Shown one piece after another: positions 18,876 through 33,885 of a stretch of DNA of 64,000 bases. A program made the position numbers and the translations under genes. This DNA comes from a candidate division WOR-3 bacterium. GTDB lineage: Bacteria > Hydrothermota > Hydrothermia > LBFQ01. The stretch covers positions 32,001 through 96,000 of the forward strand of contig JBDRWW010000002.1 of the NCBI GenBank assembly GCA_039802605.1. The letters run 5' to 3'. The stretch's first letter is position 1; every line of letters begins with the position of its first letter. The notes below the pieces were generated by a model that saw nothing but the letters and a program-made list of their open reading frames with translations, was not told where the DNA came from and did not search any database.

Positions 18876-19737
18876 AAGTGTCTATCCCGTCTTTTACGAA
18901 TACGCAAAGAAGAGACTTAAAATCGTTAAAGAATTGGGAGATTTCTTTATAATAAGGAAGGCTGGCAAAAATCTAAGGCTTCACTTTGCAATTGACGATT
19001 TCATAGATTGGTGGGATTACGATATCGAACCGAAAGTGTTGGAGAGTTGGCTTAAAGAGGAGGTTTATACAAAGGCCATTTTTAAATGGTTACCGGAAAA
19101 TTCAAAGTTTAAACAAGCCCTTGAAAATTTACCTTTAAAACCCGATAAGGTTTATGAAGGCAAGGTTTATTACTTAAACCTTGAAGAAATTAACGATGAA
19201 GACAAACTCCTAAAAAATATTACTAAAAATCGCCGTAGGGATTTAAAAAATATGATAAATAGGTTAAACAAAGCGGGAAGTTGGAATATGTTTTCAGCAG
19301 ATATAAACGACATTTGGGATGAAATGATAAGGTTTATAAACCTCAGATTTCCAAACAGCCCTTTTAAAGATAAAGTTTTTTCCGAAACCGTAAAAAATGC
19401 CCTGTCAAGTTTGAAAAAGGGTGTATGGGCTTTAAGGTTAAATAACCAAAACATTGCCTATTCCATAGTTTTAGAGGATAAAGGTATAGCATACTGGTAC
19501 TTAAAAGCCTTTAACCCAGAGTTTTCATACTTTTCCCCTGCAAAAATTTTACTTTACAAAATGATTTTACACTATCAAAAGATAGGTTTCAAAGAGTTTA
19601 ACTTTATGAAGGGTGAAAGTCAATATAAGGAATGGTGGGCAAAGGATTACAAAAAGATTTACAGATGCGAATACCTAAACCCTTCAATTCTCAAAAGGGC
19701 TATTAGTATTTTTATAAGCGGTATAAACCTCGTGTAA
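18859..19737 (+). CDS. GNAT-family N-acetyltransferase (CelD/BcsL-like)
   Basis: ITKNRRRDLK, AFNPEFSYFSPAKIL, FNFMKGESQYKEWW. Confidence 0.8.
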   Translation: MRPIFESVYPVFYEYAKKRLKIVKELGDFFIIRKAGKNLRLHFAIDDFIDWWDYDIEPKVLESWLKEEVYTKAIFKWLPENSKFKQALENLPLKPDKVYEGKVYYLNLEEINDEDKLLKNITKNRRRDLKNMINRLNKAGSWNMFSADINDIWDEMIRFINLRFPNSPFKDKVFSETVKNALSSLKKGVWALRLNNQNIAYSIVLEDKGIAYWYLKAFNPEFSYFSPAKILLYKMILHYQKIGFKEFNFMKGESQYKEWWAKDYKKIYRCEYLNPSILKRAISIFISGINLV

Positions 19738-20637
19738 TGTTCCGGGTTTGTATCCCTTATCAATTATTGCCGGTATAATGTTTTCCAAATTCTTCCTTGT
19801 AAATTCTGCATCATAAGGGCTTAAACCCGGTATTACCTCCATATTGTGCATAAACATGTTTAAAACCATATCGCCAAATGTTTTTTCCAAATCCTCAACG
19901 AGTTTTAGCATACTTTTATAATCAAACAAAGAAGGCCTAAGCCATATGGGTCCAAATCTTGAAACCACTTTTCTAAACCTCCCCCACCCGTAAAATGGCG
20001 TATTCCTCAAAACCTTAAAGAGGTTCCAGTTTTTAGTATAAGATGTTATGGGCACTTCAAGTATGTTTTTAACAAAATATGGGATTGGGGGAATGGGGGG
20101 ATGTCCGAAGGAATAAGGTGTTATACTTGAATCAACCGTATAACCCAATTTTTCCAAAAAATCAAATGTTCTATCCGTTATTGAAAACCTACCCGCCCTA
20201 TAAGATGCGGGACGGAATCCGAATACATTTATAAATAAATCTGTAAGATTTTTTAATTTTTGATATTCCACTTCATCATCGTAATTCTCGGCCTTTTCAT
20301 CGGTTTTATAAGCATTTGGGTTTGAAAGGGGTTCAAGGAATTCCCCGTGCAAATGAGTCCCCAATTCCGCCCCGCTTTTTTCAACATCCTTTAAAATCTC
20401 AACGCTTTTATCATCCCCCATAACCTCCGGACTTATAAGGTATGTGGCTTTAATCTTGTGCTTTTCAAACAATGGTTGTAAGTATTCCCCCACCCCCTTA
20501 TATATACCGACAAAGGAGAGGGGTCTTATTATTTCCCAGTTCCTCCCCTTATCGCACTCCGTGTCTATGGATATAACGAAGAGTTTCAAATAAAGTATTG
20601 TAAAGGGGAAAATTTTCATTTTACCAATACCTTCCAA
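19684..20637 (-). CDS. Polysaccharide deacetylase family protein (WalW-like); true start may lie slightly downstream
   Basis: ISIDTECD, ELGTHLH, SYRAGRF, VDSSITP, LEVPIT. Confidence 0.8.
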   Translation of the reverse strand: MEGIGKMKIFPFTILYLKLFVISIDTECDKGRNWEIIRPLSFVGIYKGVGEYLQPLFEKHKIKATYLISPEVMGDDKSVEILKDVEKSGAELGTHLHGEFLEPLSNPNAYKTDEKAENYDDEVEYQKLKNLTDLFINVFGFRPASYRAGRFSITDRTFDFLEKLGYTVDSSITPYSFGHPPIPPIPYFVKNILEVPITSYTKNWNLFKVLRNTPFYGWGRFRKVVSRFGPIWLRPSLFDYKSMLKLVEDLEKTFGDMVLNMFMHNMEVIPGLSPYDAEFTRKNLENIIPAIIDKGYKPGTLHEVYTAYKNTNSPFEN

Positions 20638-23600
20638 ACCCTTGAACCCTCACCACTCGTAATTTTAACCATATAGACGCCCTTAGGATATGTCAGATCA
20701 ACCTCAACGCCGTTTAACCCTTCAAACTCCCCAACCATCCTACCCGCTACGGAATAAACCTTAACCCTTATAAGCCCCTTTCCGAAAACCCTTAAAGTTC
20801 TCCTGCTTATCTCAACATCGGTTTTCCTTTGCGTATTTCCCGCAACACCGCTTGTTGTTATATCGTTATCCATCCTTATAGGCGAGTTTGTGGCCCATGC
20901 GTTAAACCTAAACATATCCCATATGGGGTTGCTCCTTGAAACTTCCCAAGAGAATAGCATGTTCCCATAAATGGGTGCGAATAGGTATGATTTGCCACCG
21001 TAGGTTATCATGGTTGGGGCGGAGACGACGGAATAGTTTCTGTACTTATTGTTATCGGAAAGGTTTATGGGGAAGCCCTTATAGTTTTTACCTCCAAGGG
21101 AATAAGCGTTCAAATATCCGTGGGAGTTTGATATTAGTATTTCCTGTTTGCCGTCGTTGTCTATATCAACCACAATCGGATGCCTGATAGTCGGATACAA
21201 TTCCCTTATCGTATCAAGCATAACCAGCTGATCACCAACCCACTTATACACACCCAACTGTATATTGTTATAGAAAGCCAATTCATACTTTCCATCCCCA
21301 TCAAAATCAACGGGTATGCAATAGGAGTTTGGATAATACGCGGAAGAATCCCTAAGGAGTATATCGCCGTTTTTGGATATTATATAATTTCTATGTCCGC
21401 ATACCACTATCTCCGCATCCCCATCAAAGTTCATATCCCATACGAATAGGTGCCTCGTATAATGCATCCCTATGGGTGCCTTTAGAACTACGGGAAAACC
21501 GGGTTTTTCGTTAAGGTTTTTATCCAACATATAAACCAGTGTATCCGTTTTGAATACTATCTCCCAATTTCCATCCCCATCAAAGTCGTATGTAGCGGGG
21601 AAGGAAAGCATATACCAGGGCTCGGATATAATAAACCTGCGATAAGAATATACACTTCCATCCGTAGTATCCAAAACATACATCCCACCACCTCCGGAAA
21701 TCGCAACAACATAAGCTTTATCCATATCAAGCATAGAGGCCATTAAGAATTTCGGAGTGGTATCGCTTTCTCCACCGTTGAGTTTTGTATTCCACTTAAC
21801 CGTGCCGTCGTATTTTATCATTCTAACATAACCGTCTTCCGTCCCTACGACTATATAATGGCCTATTACTATCGGGGTTGTTGTGATCCTTGTGGGAAGG
21901 TTTATAGTGTTTATATTGTTTCCGTAAAAATCAAGGATGTAGAGTTTGTTAAATGCAGATGCAATTACTATTTCCGGCTCCGATGTTGATGGTATCAGTT
22001 GAGACACTATCGGCGATGAGTTTTCCGGATATTCGCTTCCGGAATTCTTTATGAGTTCAATATCCAGTGCAAACCTCATTCTTGGGTTGGCCCTGAGGGT
22101 TATAGTATCCGAAGGAGGCCCTTCAATTCCTCCAACTACGGGTGTTATGAAAAATGCGTGGTCTTCAAAGTCGTTTAATGGTATTTCCACTCTACCACCC
22201 TTAACCGTGGCTATGCTTAATGGAAAGTTATCCATATAAACCTTCCACCTTACAGTTGTATCCCCTCCAACCCATGCCAAGGATATACCGTTTGTTGTGG
22301 GTTCTCCGAATATGCTGTCCGCCCTAAGATTAACCGTATCTATAACTATTTTCACATCACCCTGAAATACCTTCCCGTTGTATATGTAAAATCTCAAACT
22401 ATCCCCCAAATTTGCCTTAACCTTGAACATCCATCTATAAAGGGATGAAGAGTTTGGCATCAAAGGTGGGAATTCTTTAACGTTATGCCTTTCCTCCAAG
22501 CCTTTGGCATATGTATTTATAACCCTTGTAATCTTTATCGTATCACTAACCGTTTCACCCAAGTTTATGAAGTCAAACATTAACAGAATACTATCCCCCA
22601 CCGGGTACCATTTGGCGGACCTGAAAACAATCCTTGAAACCCTCGGCTTTATTGTCGCTTTATAAACCCCATCGCCGTAATGTATTGTGAAGTTTGTTGG
22701 GGAATCTTCCGTAAATTCAACCAGATATTCAACTTTTGTGGTGGAGTTTGCTTTGATGGTTATGGTTCCGGGTTGGAGTAGTATCCTCGCTTTATCCGAT
22801 GAAAGTATAGGCCTTATAATCACATCTTTGTTCCCTATATTTGAAAATACTGCTATATACGCTATCAACCCTTACATAGTTTCCCGAAAATACGCTTGTG
22901 AAGCTGTCTATCTTTAAAGGTTGTCCCTCCACATTCACACCCCAATAAACTTTATTACCCCTTGGGACATTGTATGTAAGCATAACCTCGCCGTTTTCAT
23001 CGGTATAACCTTTGCTTACAACCCTTCCGCCATCCGTTATAACAACCTTTGCCCCAACAATCGGGGATTTATCGGGCTTATAAACCCAGAATTTGACCTT
23101 TCCGTCCATTACGGTTGTTTTAACCTTGAAGGGTGAAGATTTATCCGTAAATACCCTAACAAGGGGATCCCCCACCAAATGATAGGAAAATGTTAAGTAT
23201 CTATAAAGCGGGGAGTAATAGGCCACGGAACTCAAATAAATTTTCATAACATTGAAGAGATAACCCACCGTTGGGGGTTCCTTTGAGGTATTCAGACTGT
23301 CGTAAAATACCCAATACAGGGAATAAACGGACATGGTAAAATCCGCCTTAGAAGAACCTATAGAGGCCGCGGCTTTACCCCTCATTACAAATTCCTTACC
23401 TACGGAACTTGAAAAGGGCTCGTTTCCAAAGCAGGCCGCAAGACCCACAACCGAAAGGTTTGTGTTTTCTATGTTATCCACATCGCCGTATTCAAAAACA
23501 TCGTTATAATATAGATTCCTATTCACCAAAACCCTATGGTTTGCATGCATTAAGAAAAACGCAACGGCTGGGTTTGTTGAACTTATACTGTCCGTTATAA

Positions 23601-24659
23601 CCCTTGAATCCTTCTCGCATACGAACTTAATGTTGCTCCTCGGAAATGAAGTTAGCCTTTGTGAGAGGTCGTAAATTGATATACAACCATCAGCGCTGTC
23701 TTCGGGTACTGTTGGAGAGCCGAAGAGGTTTGCCGAGAAGAAATTAAAGGAATAGTCGGAATTTGATACATATGTTTGGTGTTTTATAACCGTTTGGACA
23801 TATACTTCAACCTCTTGGGGTGTTGTTGCTGGAAACCTACCAACCACAATATCCGGTACAAAATCCACAGAATCCATATCCCCATACCAATAGTTTCCGT
23901 CCGTATTCCAATCCCCATCAAGGGCGGCGTAATAAAAGTCCGTTAAAACGGTATTTCCGTAGGCTATTTCATATGGCCCACTGAAAAGTGGCACATAAGA
24001 CCTCAAAGGGGGTATTTTGTAAGCATCCGCACCTATTAAAACCGCCGAAATCCCCCAATTACTATAAGCAAACTTTAAGAAGTTGCGAATCTTTTCCTGT
24101 ATCCCGTTGCCCTCAAAATTTTGATTTATCCATTCAACGGTAAATATTTTCCCATTAAAACCTTCAAGGGAATGCAGGTTTATTAAGGGGACATTATACC
24201 AAGGCCCGCAAAAACCCTTCCCCATATTTTCGGGTTTGAGTATTTTGGTTTATCGTATCTGTACGATGAATTAACCGTTATTACATCAAACTCAACCTCC
24301 TCTACGAGATAGGTTTTCCCGTTTATCACCTTTATAGCGGGTACCAAAACGAAAGCCAAATTATGCCCCCTGAAAAACCCTTGATTTCCGAGAAAGGCTG
24401 AGTTTTGGGGATAAGTCTCGGGTAGATTTCCCATTATGCTTATCGTATCTATAACCTTGGCAAAGCGTATTGGATAGTTTATATGCCTTAACCTCTCGCG
24501 CTTAATCCTAATTTCAGACACCCTTTCGTTATCCCTAAGGTTTATGACCATAACCTTTACGGGAATTTCGGGGTATCCGGGCCCTTTTGCCCATAGGGGG
24601 AGTTTATTTATCTCCCCCTCCTCTACGGCAGCCGTGAATGTTGTGATTATCCACATCAT
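20616..24659 (-). pseudogene. Gingipain-like C25 cysteine peptidase (propeptide + C25 + FG-GAP-like repeats + T9SS-like CTD) broken into three ORFs
   Basis: 24183-24659 is the propeptide (GYPEIPV). 22792-24225 is the C25 core (TDFYYAALDGDW, VGRFP, His in LMHAN, Cys in AACF, YHLVGDP). 20616-22868 has D-F-D-G-D-G repeats and the CTD VYSVAGR...GVYMV. The ORFs overlap in different frames. Confidence 0.8.
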
Positions 24660-24791
24660 AGACCACTATGTTATACATATTGCTGCATGCGTTCAAGAGG
24701 TTGAATTTTTAAGCCGATTTTTCCCTTGTTGAAACCGGCAAGCAAACGGAGTATAATGTAATGGGATTTTTTACCGTTTTATAATTCCCTC

Positions 24792-25365
24792 TTGTTAAGG
24801 GTTTTGTTGGGTTTTATCTTGGCGTCGGCATTTTGGGGATTTGCCTTTAAAGGACCTCTAAACTTTTGGCTCGGAATATTTATAGCGGCTATTGTAATAA
24901 TTTCATTCGCACTGACCGATAGAAAAACCCTTAGGATTATCCGCCCGGCAAAGGGAGACTTTATGGTGGGCGTAGTTTCCGGAATAGTTATATTTTCGCT
25001 CTTCTTCGTAATATCGCTCATAACGGGGAAATTTTTTCCAGAACTTTATGCTTTTGTTGAGGATGTAAAGGCCTTAAAACACCTGGCGCCAATTCACATA
25101 ACATTTCCGGTTGCAATGTTTGTATCAATAAGTGAAGAGGTTTTTTGGAGGGGGTTTATACAGAGGAGGTTAATGGAAGAATTTGGTAAGTTAAAGGGTT
25201 ATATATTTGCCGTTGTTTTGTATTCCTTGGGGCATGTTTTTACATTCAACTTGGCGTTAATCGTTGCGGCACTCGGGGCTGGGGCATTTTGGGGGTTTTT
25301 ATTCCTATGGAGGAGGGATTTAACTCCCCTTATAATATCCCACATAACCTGGGATGTTATGCTCT

Positions 25366-25382
<17 letters not shown>
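24792..25382 (+). CDS. CPBP-family (CAAX/Abi) intramembrane glutamic protease
   Basis: EEVFWRG, YSLGH, SHITWD, multiple TM helices. Confidence 0.88.
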
Positions 25383-28690
<3,308 letters not shown>

Positions 28691-28744
28691 AGCGGGGTAT
28701 TATAATGGGGTAATATTTTGATCTTCCGTAGAATTACCACCCAT

Positions 28745-29662
28745 TTGAAAATAGTTTATTTTGGAAGCGGTGAAGTTTCAAAGGGTGTTTTGGAAAACCT
28801 TTTAAGTTTTGTTAAGCCTTTGGCCGTTATAACCAAGCCCGATGCCCCAAAGGGGAGGGGGAAAAGGGTTTTACCGACTCCGGTAAAGGAACTTGCCATA
28901 TCCAAGGGTATTAAGGTGTTAACCCCAAAATCGTTAAAAGATGGGGGATTTTTAAGCGAATTAAAGGCACTAAATCCGGATTTTATAATGCTTGCGGATT
29001 ATGGGGGAATACTTCCAAAAGAAGTGCTTGAAATTCCGAGATTGTACCCCCTTTGCTTTCATCCCTCCCCATTGCCGAAATACAGGGGTGCATCACCCAT
29101 TGAAAGGGCTTTTTTTAATTGTGATGATTTCTTGGGTTTGACGGTTTTCGTCATGAACGAAAAGATTGACGAGGGGGAAATCGTTATGCAGGATAAAATT
29201 CCTTTAAACCCTTGTGAAAACACAAAAGGGGAAGTTCTACCCGAAATTACAAAAAGGGGGGCTAAAATGCTTTACGATTCCGCAAATATGATATTGGAAG
29301 GGTTTAGGAATTTCAAACCGCAAATTGGAGAATCTTCCTATGCCCCGAGATTAAAAAGGGAAGAGGAATTTATAAATCCCAATGAAGGTGTAAAGAGAAC
29401 CGTGGGGAAGATTAACGGGCTATCTCCAAAACCCGGGGCGAGGTATGTTTGGAGGGGTAAAAACTTAAAACTATTAAAGGCAAGGCCTTATCGGGATGGG
29501 TTTATAAAGGGTGATATAGGGGAATTCTTTTACGAAAAGGGGGAGAAAAAATTGCTCCTTATTTGTTCGGATGGGTGTGCGGAAATAATAACGGTTAAGG
29601 TTGAGGGGAAAAATCCAATAAGCGGATACGATTTTGCAAACGGTTATTTAAAACAACCTTAA
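28745..29662 (+). CDS. fmt: Methionyl-tRNA formyltransferase (start TTG 28745 or 28718)
   Basis: KIVYFGS, TKPDAPKGRG, HPSPLPKYRGASPI, IDEGEI. Confidence 0.88.
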   Translation: MKIVYFGSGEVSKGVLENLLSFVKPLAVITKPDAPKGRGKRVLPTPVKELAISKGIKVLTPKSLKDGGFLSELKALNPDFIMLADYGGILPKEVLEIPRLYPLCFHPSPLPKYRGASPIERAFFNCDDFLGLTVFVMNEKIDEGEIVMQDKIPLNPCENTKGEVLPEITKRGAKMLYDSANMILEGFRNFKPQIGESSYAPRLKREEEFINPNEGVKRTVGKINGLSPKPGARYVWRGKNLKLLKARPYRDGFIKGDIGEFFYEKGEKKLLLICSDGCAEIITVKVEGKNPISGYDFANGYLKQP

Positions 29663-29672
29663 AATTCCAACT

Positions 29673-29930
29673 ATGTTAAGGTGGTTATCGGCTTTTTTAA
29701 TTCTCTTTATAGGTTGTGCCACCGTACCCAAGGGTTATGTTAAAAGGGTTGAGAAATTGGAAAGGGAAGTTGATAGTTTGAGGATGGAGATAAAGAGGTT
29801 GAAGGAGGTTGCAAGAGCTTTGGCCGACAGTACGGAAAAATCCGAAGAGTATTACAATCAAATTTACGATTACATATACAAGGAGTACGAGAGGAGGGGA
29901 AGCCCAATAAGACCATCAAAGGCAAAATAA
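29673..29930 (+). CDS. Small coiled-coil lipoprotein
   Basis: Signal with lipobox FIGC, then a heptad-rich helix. Confidence 0.7.
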   Translation: MLRWLSAFLILFIGCATVPKGYVKRVEKLEREVDSLRMEIKRLKEVARALADSTEKSEEYYNQIYDYIYKEYERRGSPIRPSKAK

Positions 29931-29931
29931 T

Positions 29932-30732
29932 TTGGAAATACTAAACAATATAAGTTCCCAAAGATACAACAACCTTTTGGAGTTTTTGGCCTTTTTGGGT
30001 GTTTATGACGATGAGGAAAGGTTGAGAGTTTATAAGGAACTGATTGAAGGGGTAGGAGTTAAGGATAAGGTTGTTGTGGAACTCGGGGCGGGTTTTGGAT
30101 ACTTATCGGTTTTTGCATCGGAAATGGGGGCAAGGCGCGTTTATGCCGTTGAAAGAAACCCTTATGTTTTCAAAATTTTGAAAAAGAATGTTAAAGGATA
30201 CAAGAATATCCAACCCATAAAAGCCGACGCCTTAAAGTTCGATCCGGGGGAGGAAGTTGATGTTTTAATACACGACTTTTACGGCCCCCTACTCTACGAC
30301 GAATCCCTTTACATACTTGATAACTTAAAGTTTAAACCAAAAGCGGTTATACCGAACGGTGGGGTTTTAAAATGTGGGGTTTTGGAACTTGAAAGGATAG
30401 GAGACCCTACGGTTGATATAGATGTTTTAAAGACCTTCAAAAACATTTTGGTGGCGGATCTGTTTGATTATTACATTAAACCCAAAAGGGAGTTTTTGGT
30501 GGCGAGTTGGGAATTCGGTAAGGGTTTAAAAACCTTTCAACCCGAAATTCCTAAAACCGGTGAGGTTTTGGTTTTCTGGTTGGAGATTTTACACAACGGT
30601 AAGACCTTATGCTCTTCGTACGATTGCAGAAATTGGCCACTTGTGTTTACATACAACCAAGGTGGAAGGTTTATCCTTAAATTTTCTTGGCGGGGTGATT
30701 ATTCCGTTGTGCGTTTTGGGTGGATTACCTAA
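29932..30732 (+). CDS. Class I SAM-dependent methyltransferase, PRMT-like
   Basis: D..R...Y helix, VVELGAGFG, VYAVE, VDVLIHDFYGPLLYDE, VIPNGG. Confidence 0.75.
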   Translation: MEILNNISSQRYNNLLEFLAFLGVYDDEERLRVYKELIEGVGVKDKVVVELGAGFGYLSVFASEMGARRVYAVERNPYVFKILKKNVKGYKNIQPIKADALKFDPGEEVDVLIHDFYGPLLYDESLYILDNLKFKPKAVIPNGGVLKCGVLELERIGDPTVDIDVLKTFKNILVADLFDYYIKPKREFLVASWEFGKGLKTFQPEIPKTGEVLVFWLEILHNGKTLCSSYDCRNWPLVFTYNQGGRFILKFSWRGDYSVVRFGWIT

Positions 30733-33073
30733 CTATATGTTTGAAAACACCTTCCATTTTGTCGCCTTTGTATATCGCAACCATATACACACCTTTTGCC
30801 GGCATGAGGATTTCCGTCTCCCCATTAACAACCCTCTCTATAACCTTTCTTCCCAGAGGAGAATAAACCATAACCTTTGCATTCTCACCGTTGAGGATTA
30901 ACCCACTTCTCGTAGTTATAACCTTAACACCCCCTATCGTTCTCTCTTTAATTGCCAATTCGTCGTCATCACCCAAAATACAGGCCCCCAATCCACCTGA
31001 AACCACCAAAGCAAAGGGTTGAGGCCCGTTTGGAACATTAAAACCTTTAACCTTTATGGTGAATGTGCCCCTTAAACCTTTAACCCTTATAATCTCCCAA
31101 GTGTTTGCCCTGTCAGGCGGTATAGTATTATCGTTCGGTGTTAGGTTATCCGCACCCGTTGTGGGGGCATTACCTATGAATGTTTCCCCTCCCGGCCCTA
31201 TCACGGTTAGATCAAGGTCATTAACCAAACAACCACCGCCACTTGCACAGTTCGTTGAGGCCCTGTAATCGCTCCAAGAAAGGACAAACCTTGTGACCAT
31301 ATGAGGGTTACAAACCTCAACCGAATAAACCGCTGAGTCCCCAGTGTTTAACCCTCTACCCTCATCAACGAACCAAAGCCTTGACTTTCTTTCATCCGAA
31401 GAATCCGCCAAAGAGTTCCAATTATCCTCCGGAGAGAAATACATAAAGTTATCCAAAACGAACCTGCCGGCACCTTCATTGCCGTTTGGAACATTTGTAT
31501 TACCTGCCGAATATTCGTTTCCAAAGGATACATCACGGTCGCGGGCTATCGGAACAGCCGAAGCCAGTAAAGACGCCTTAACCAAGGCGGCGGAAGGGTT
31601 GTGTGAGGGGGCGGAGTTCCTCGTCCCGTTTCCGTACCAACCCTCTTTGTAATACTGCCTTATAAGTATTGCACCGCCGGCCGTGGCGGGTGTGGCCATG
31701 GATGTACCCATCCACCACCAGGCGTTTGTGATCCCACACGATGTACCACCCCATGCCGAGTATGTGGTATCTCCTATTGCCATTATATCTATCCCGAACC
31801 TTCCGCTGGGATAACTACCATAGGCGCTCCAACCCATCTTTGCATCAACCGCCCTACCCATAGCACCCACTGTTATATCACTCTTAGCCGTTGCGGGGTC
31901 GGAAGGTGTCCTATAACATCCGGGATTACAAGCGTCATCTCCATGATTACCAGCCGCAAAAACAACCACCATATCCCTGTTGTTCCAAACGAAGTCATCT
32001 ATTGTCCGCGCATCGGTGTTGTAATTCGACGGGGCACAGCGGGTAGTAATGGAACCGCATATATATCCCCAACTGTTCGTATGGACCCTTGCACCCCTTG
32101 TATAAGCATCGGTTAATACCGTGTTAAACCCGGAACTTCCTCCCCCAAGTGGGGCTTGCGAGATGATCCTTGACATATAGGCCAATCCCCTGTATAAAGC
32201 GGAAGACGCGCTCGTGGCACTGGAATAACCGACGGCAGTTCCGGCCGTATGCGTTCCATGGCAACCCGTTCCGGGACTGCTATTACAGTTTGTCCCAGCA
32301 GGTAGGGATGCCACACCGCAACCACCTCCTCCATAATTGCAAAGCGTTACGATTTTCGGTTGCCCCAATACACTGCCGGAGAAGAAACAGTGATTTCTAT
32401 CAAGACCGTCGTCGTTATGCCCGAGAATCTCGCCCTCCCCGTGCAGCCCTTTATACCATACGATGGTATCGGTTGGATTGGTTGAAGATTGTATATCAAA
32501 CCAGAGACCGGATTGGTGGGTTACGGCTTTTCTGTTGTTCCAGTTTATTATAGGATGTTTGAACTCAACAAAGAAAACCTCCGGTAAATTTGCAAATTTC
32601 CGTATTTTATCAACATCGCCCGCGACTTCAACATACGGGTTTTGGGGGTCTATACCCCTTACTTCCAAACCTTCCTTTTGCGCTATTAGGGTTATTTTAT
32701 AAATGTCGTTGGAATCTATTAAAACAAGCCTTGCGACATACTTGCCGTTTTCTGTATAGTAGCATCCGTTTTTTAACTTTTCATTTAAGAATACGGGTAA
32801 TTTGTACTCCGGGGGTATTGGTACTATCCTCGCCACATATGGCCTTTTAAGCGCTTCTTTTAAGGAGAACTCCGAACCGGAAACCACAAAAGCGTATTGG
32901 GGTAGATAATCGTAAAACCTTATACCAAGGCTTGATAATTCTTCTTTGTATTGGGGATATATGGGTCCTTTGAATTGCAGGATATGATAGGGATTGTCCG
33001 TTACCCTACTCTCCACATTCAACTTATGCCCATTTACCCATAAAGACGGCGAAAATAAAACTAACCACATCAT
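30725..33073 (-). CDS. Secreted S8 (subtilisin, KP-43-like) serine peptidase with a T9SS-like CTD
   Basis: Triad DDGLD / HGTHTAGT / GTSMATP, oxyanion AAGN, PSAALVKA, C-terminal VYSPLGRKV...GVYMV. Confidence 0.92.
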   Translation of the reverse strand: MMWLVLFSPSLWVNGHKLNVESRVTDNPYHILQFKGPIYPQYKEELSSLGIRFYDYLPQYAFVVSGSEFSLKEALKRPYVARIVPIPPEYKLPVFLNEKLKNGCYYTENGKYVARLVLIDSNDIYKITLIAQKEGLEVRGIDPQNPYVEVAGDVDKIRKFANLPEVFFVEFKHPIINWNNRKAVTHQSGLWFDIQSSTNPTDTIVWYKGLHGEGEILGHNDDGLDRNHCFFSGSVLGQPKIVTLCNYGGGGCGVASLPAGTNCNSSPGTGCHGTHTAGTAVGYSSATSASSALYRGLAYMSRIISQAPLGGGSSGFNTVLTDAYTRGARVHTNSWGYICGSITTRCAPSNYNTDARTIDDFVWNNRDMVVVFAAGNHGDDACNPGCYRTPSDPATAKSDITVGAMGRAVDAKMGWSAYGSYPSGRFGIDIMAIGDTTYSAWGGTSCGITNAWWWMGTSMATPATAGGAILIRQYYKEGWYGNGTRNSAPSHNPSAALVKASLLASAVPIARDRDVSFGNEYSAGNTNVPNGNEGAGRFVLDNFMYFSPEDNWNSLADSSDERKSRLWFVDEGRGLNTGDSAVYSVEVCNPHMVTRFVLSWSDYRASTNCASGGGCLVNDLDLTVIGPGGETFIGNAPTTGADNLTPNDNTIPPDRANTWEIIRVKGLRGTFTIKVKGFNVPNGPQPFALVVSGGLGACILGDDDELAIKERTIGGVKVITTRSGLILNGENAKVMVYSPLGRKVIERVVNGETEILMPAKGVYMVAIYKGDKMEGVFKHIVR

Positions 33074-33151
33074 AACACCAGATATTGTAAAGTTGTGAGG
33101 TTTGTTATTTCAAGTCATAATGAACCTGCAAGCAACCTTAAAATCTCTAAT

Positions 33152-33850
33152 ATGAGTCTTTTTATTTCCTTTGTTTATATGAAGCACGAGGCTTGGGCAT
33201 CCTTTTCAAAGTTCTCCTATAAGTATAGGGATAAGAGTGCGGTGGCGGATATAGGGGGATATATGAGGTTGTTTAAGTGGGGTGATCACGGTTTGGCGGT
33301 TGGAGGGGATTTTGTGGTTTGGCTGGGTTATGATGTGGGTCTAATCCAGTTGGACCCAATATATGCGGATTATTATGTTTGGTTTGGTGGTTTTAAAGAG
33401 GCAAATAGCGGAACATGGTACTTATTCGTTGAACATCCCTGCTTCCACTACATAGACAGACTTGATACATTACCCCTGTACTGGAATGCTATAAGGTTAA
33501 TGTATAGGGAAAGGGATTTTGAGATTTCCGCTGCCCAGTACATACATAGCGAAAAGTATCAATTCCTTTCAAGGGGGACGGATTGGGGTACGGATTTGAA
33601 GGTTTTTAAAAGGTTAAGGAAAAACCTTGGGAAGGATATTTCAATGTTTTTGGATTGGTATTCGTTTCTGGCTTTGGGTAGAAATTACCGAAGTTTATAC
33701 GCATCCTTGGAAGTAAAGGGGGGATTGGAGTTTATAAATGAAAATGGGGATTTTACCATATCCCTGGGTTTTAGGCCCTATGAAAGGACAGGTATAATAA
33801 GGGATGCCGAGGGTGTCCCTTATATTTCTTTAAAAGTTAGAGGATTTTGA
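33152..33850 (+). CDS. Hypothetical protein, probable outer-membrane beta-barrel
   Basis: Aromatic-rich alternating strands and a terminal Phe (ISLKVRGF). Start moved to ATG 33152, 7 nt after TAAAAT. Confidence 0.55.
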   Translation: MSLFISFVYMKHEAWASFSKFSYKYRDKSAVADIGGYMRLFKWGDHGLAVGGDFVVWLGYDVGLIQLDPIYADYYVWFGGFKEANSGTWYLFVEHPCFHYIDRLDTLPLYWNAIRLMYRERDFEISAAQYIHSEKYQFLSRGTDWGTDLKVFKRLRKNLGKDISMFLDWYSFLALGRNYRSLYASLEVKGGLEFINENGDFTISLGFRPYERTGIIRDAEGVPYISLKVRGF

Positions 33851-33885
33851 CAAGAAATGGATTTCAGCCTTAAAATTCTGGGCGT

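Noticed and set aside
24205..24222. GGGTTTTT as a programmed -1 frameshift site in the C25 gene
   Set aside because: The heptamer is not in the required phase of the upstream ORF, the second shift has the opposite sign, and sequence appears to be missing at the junctions.
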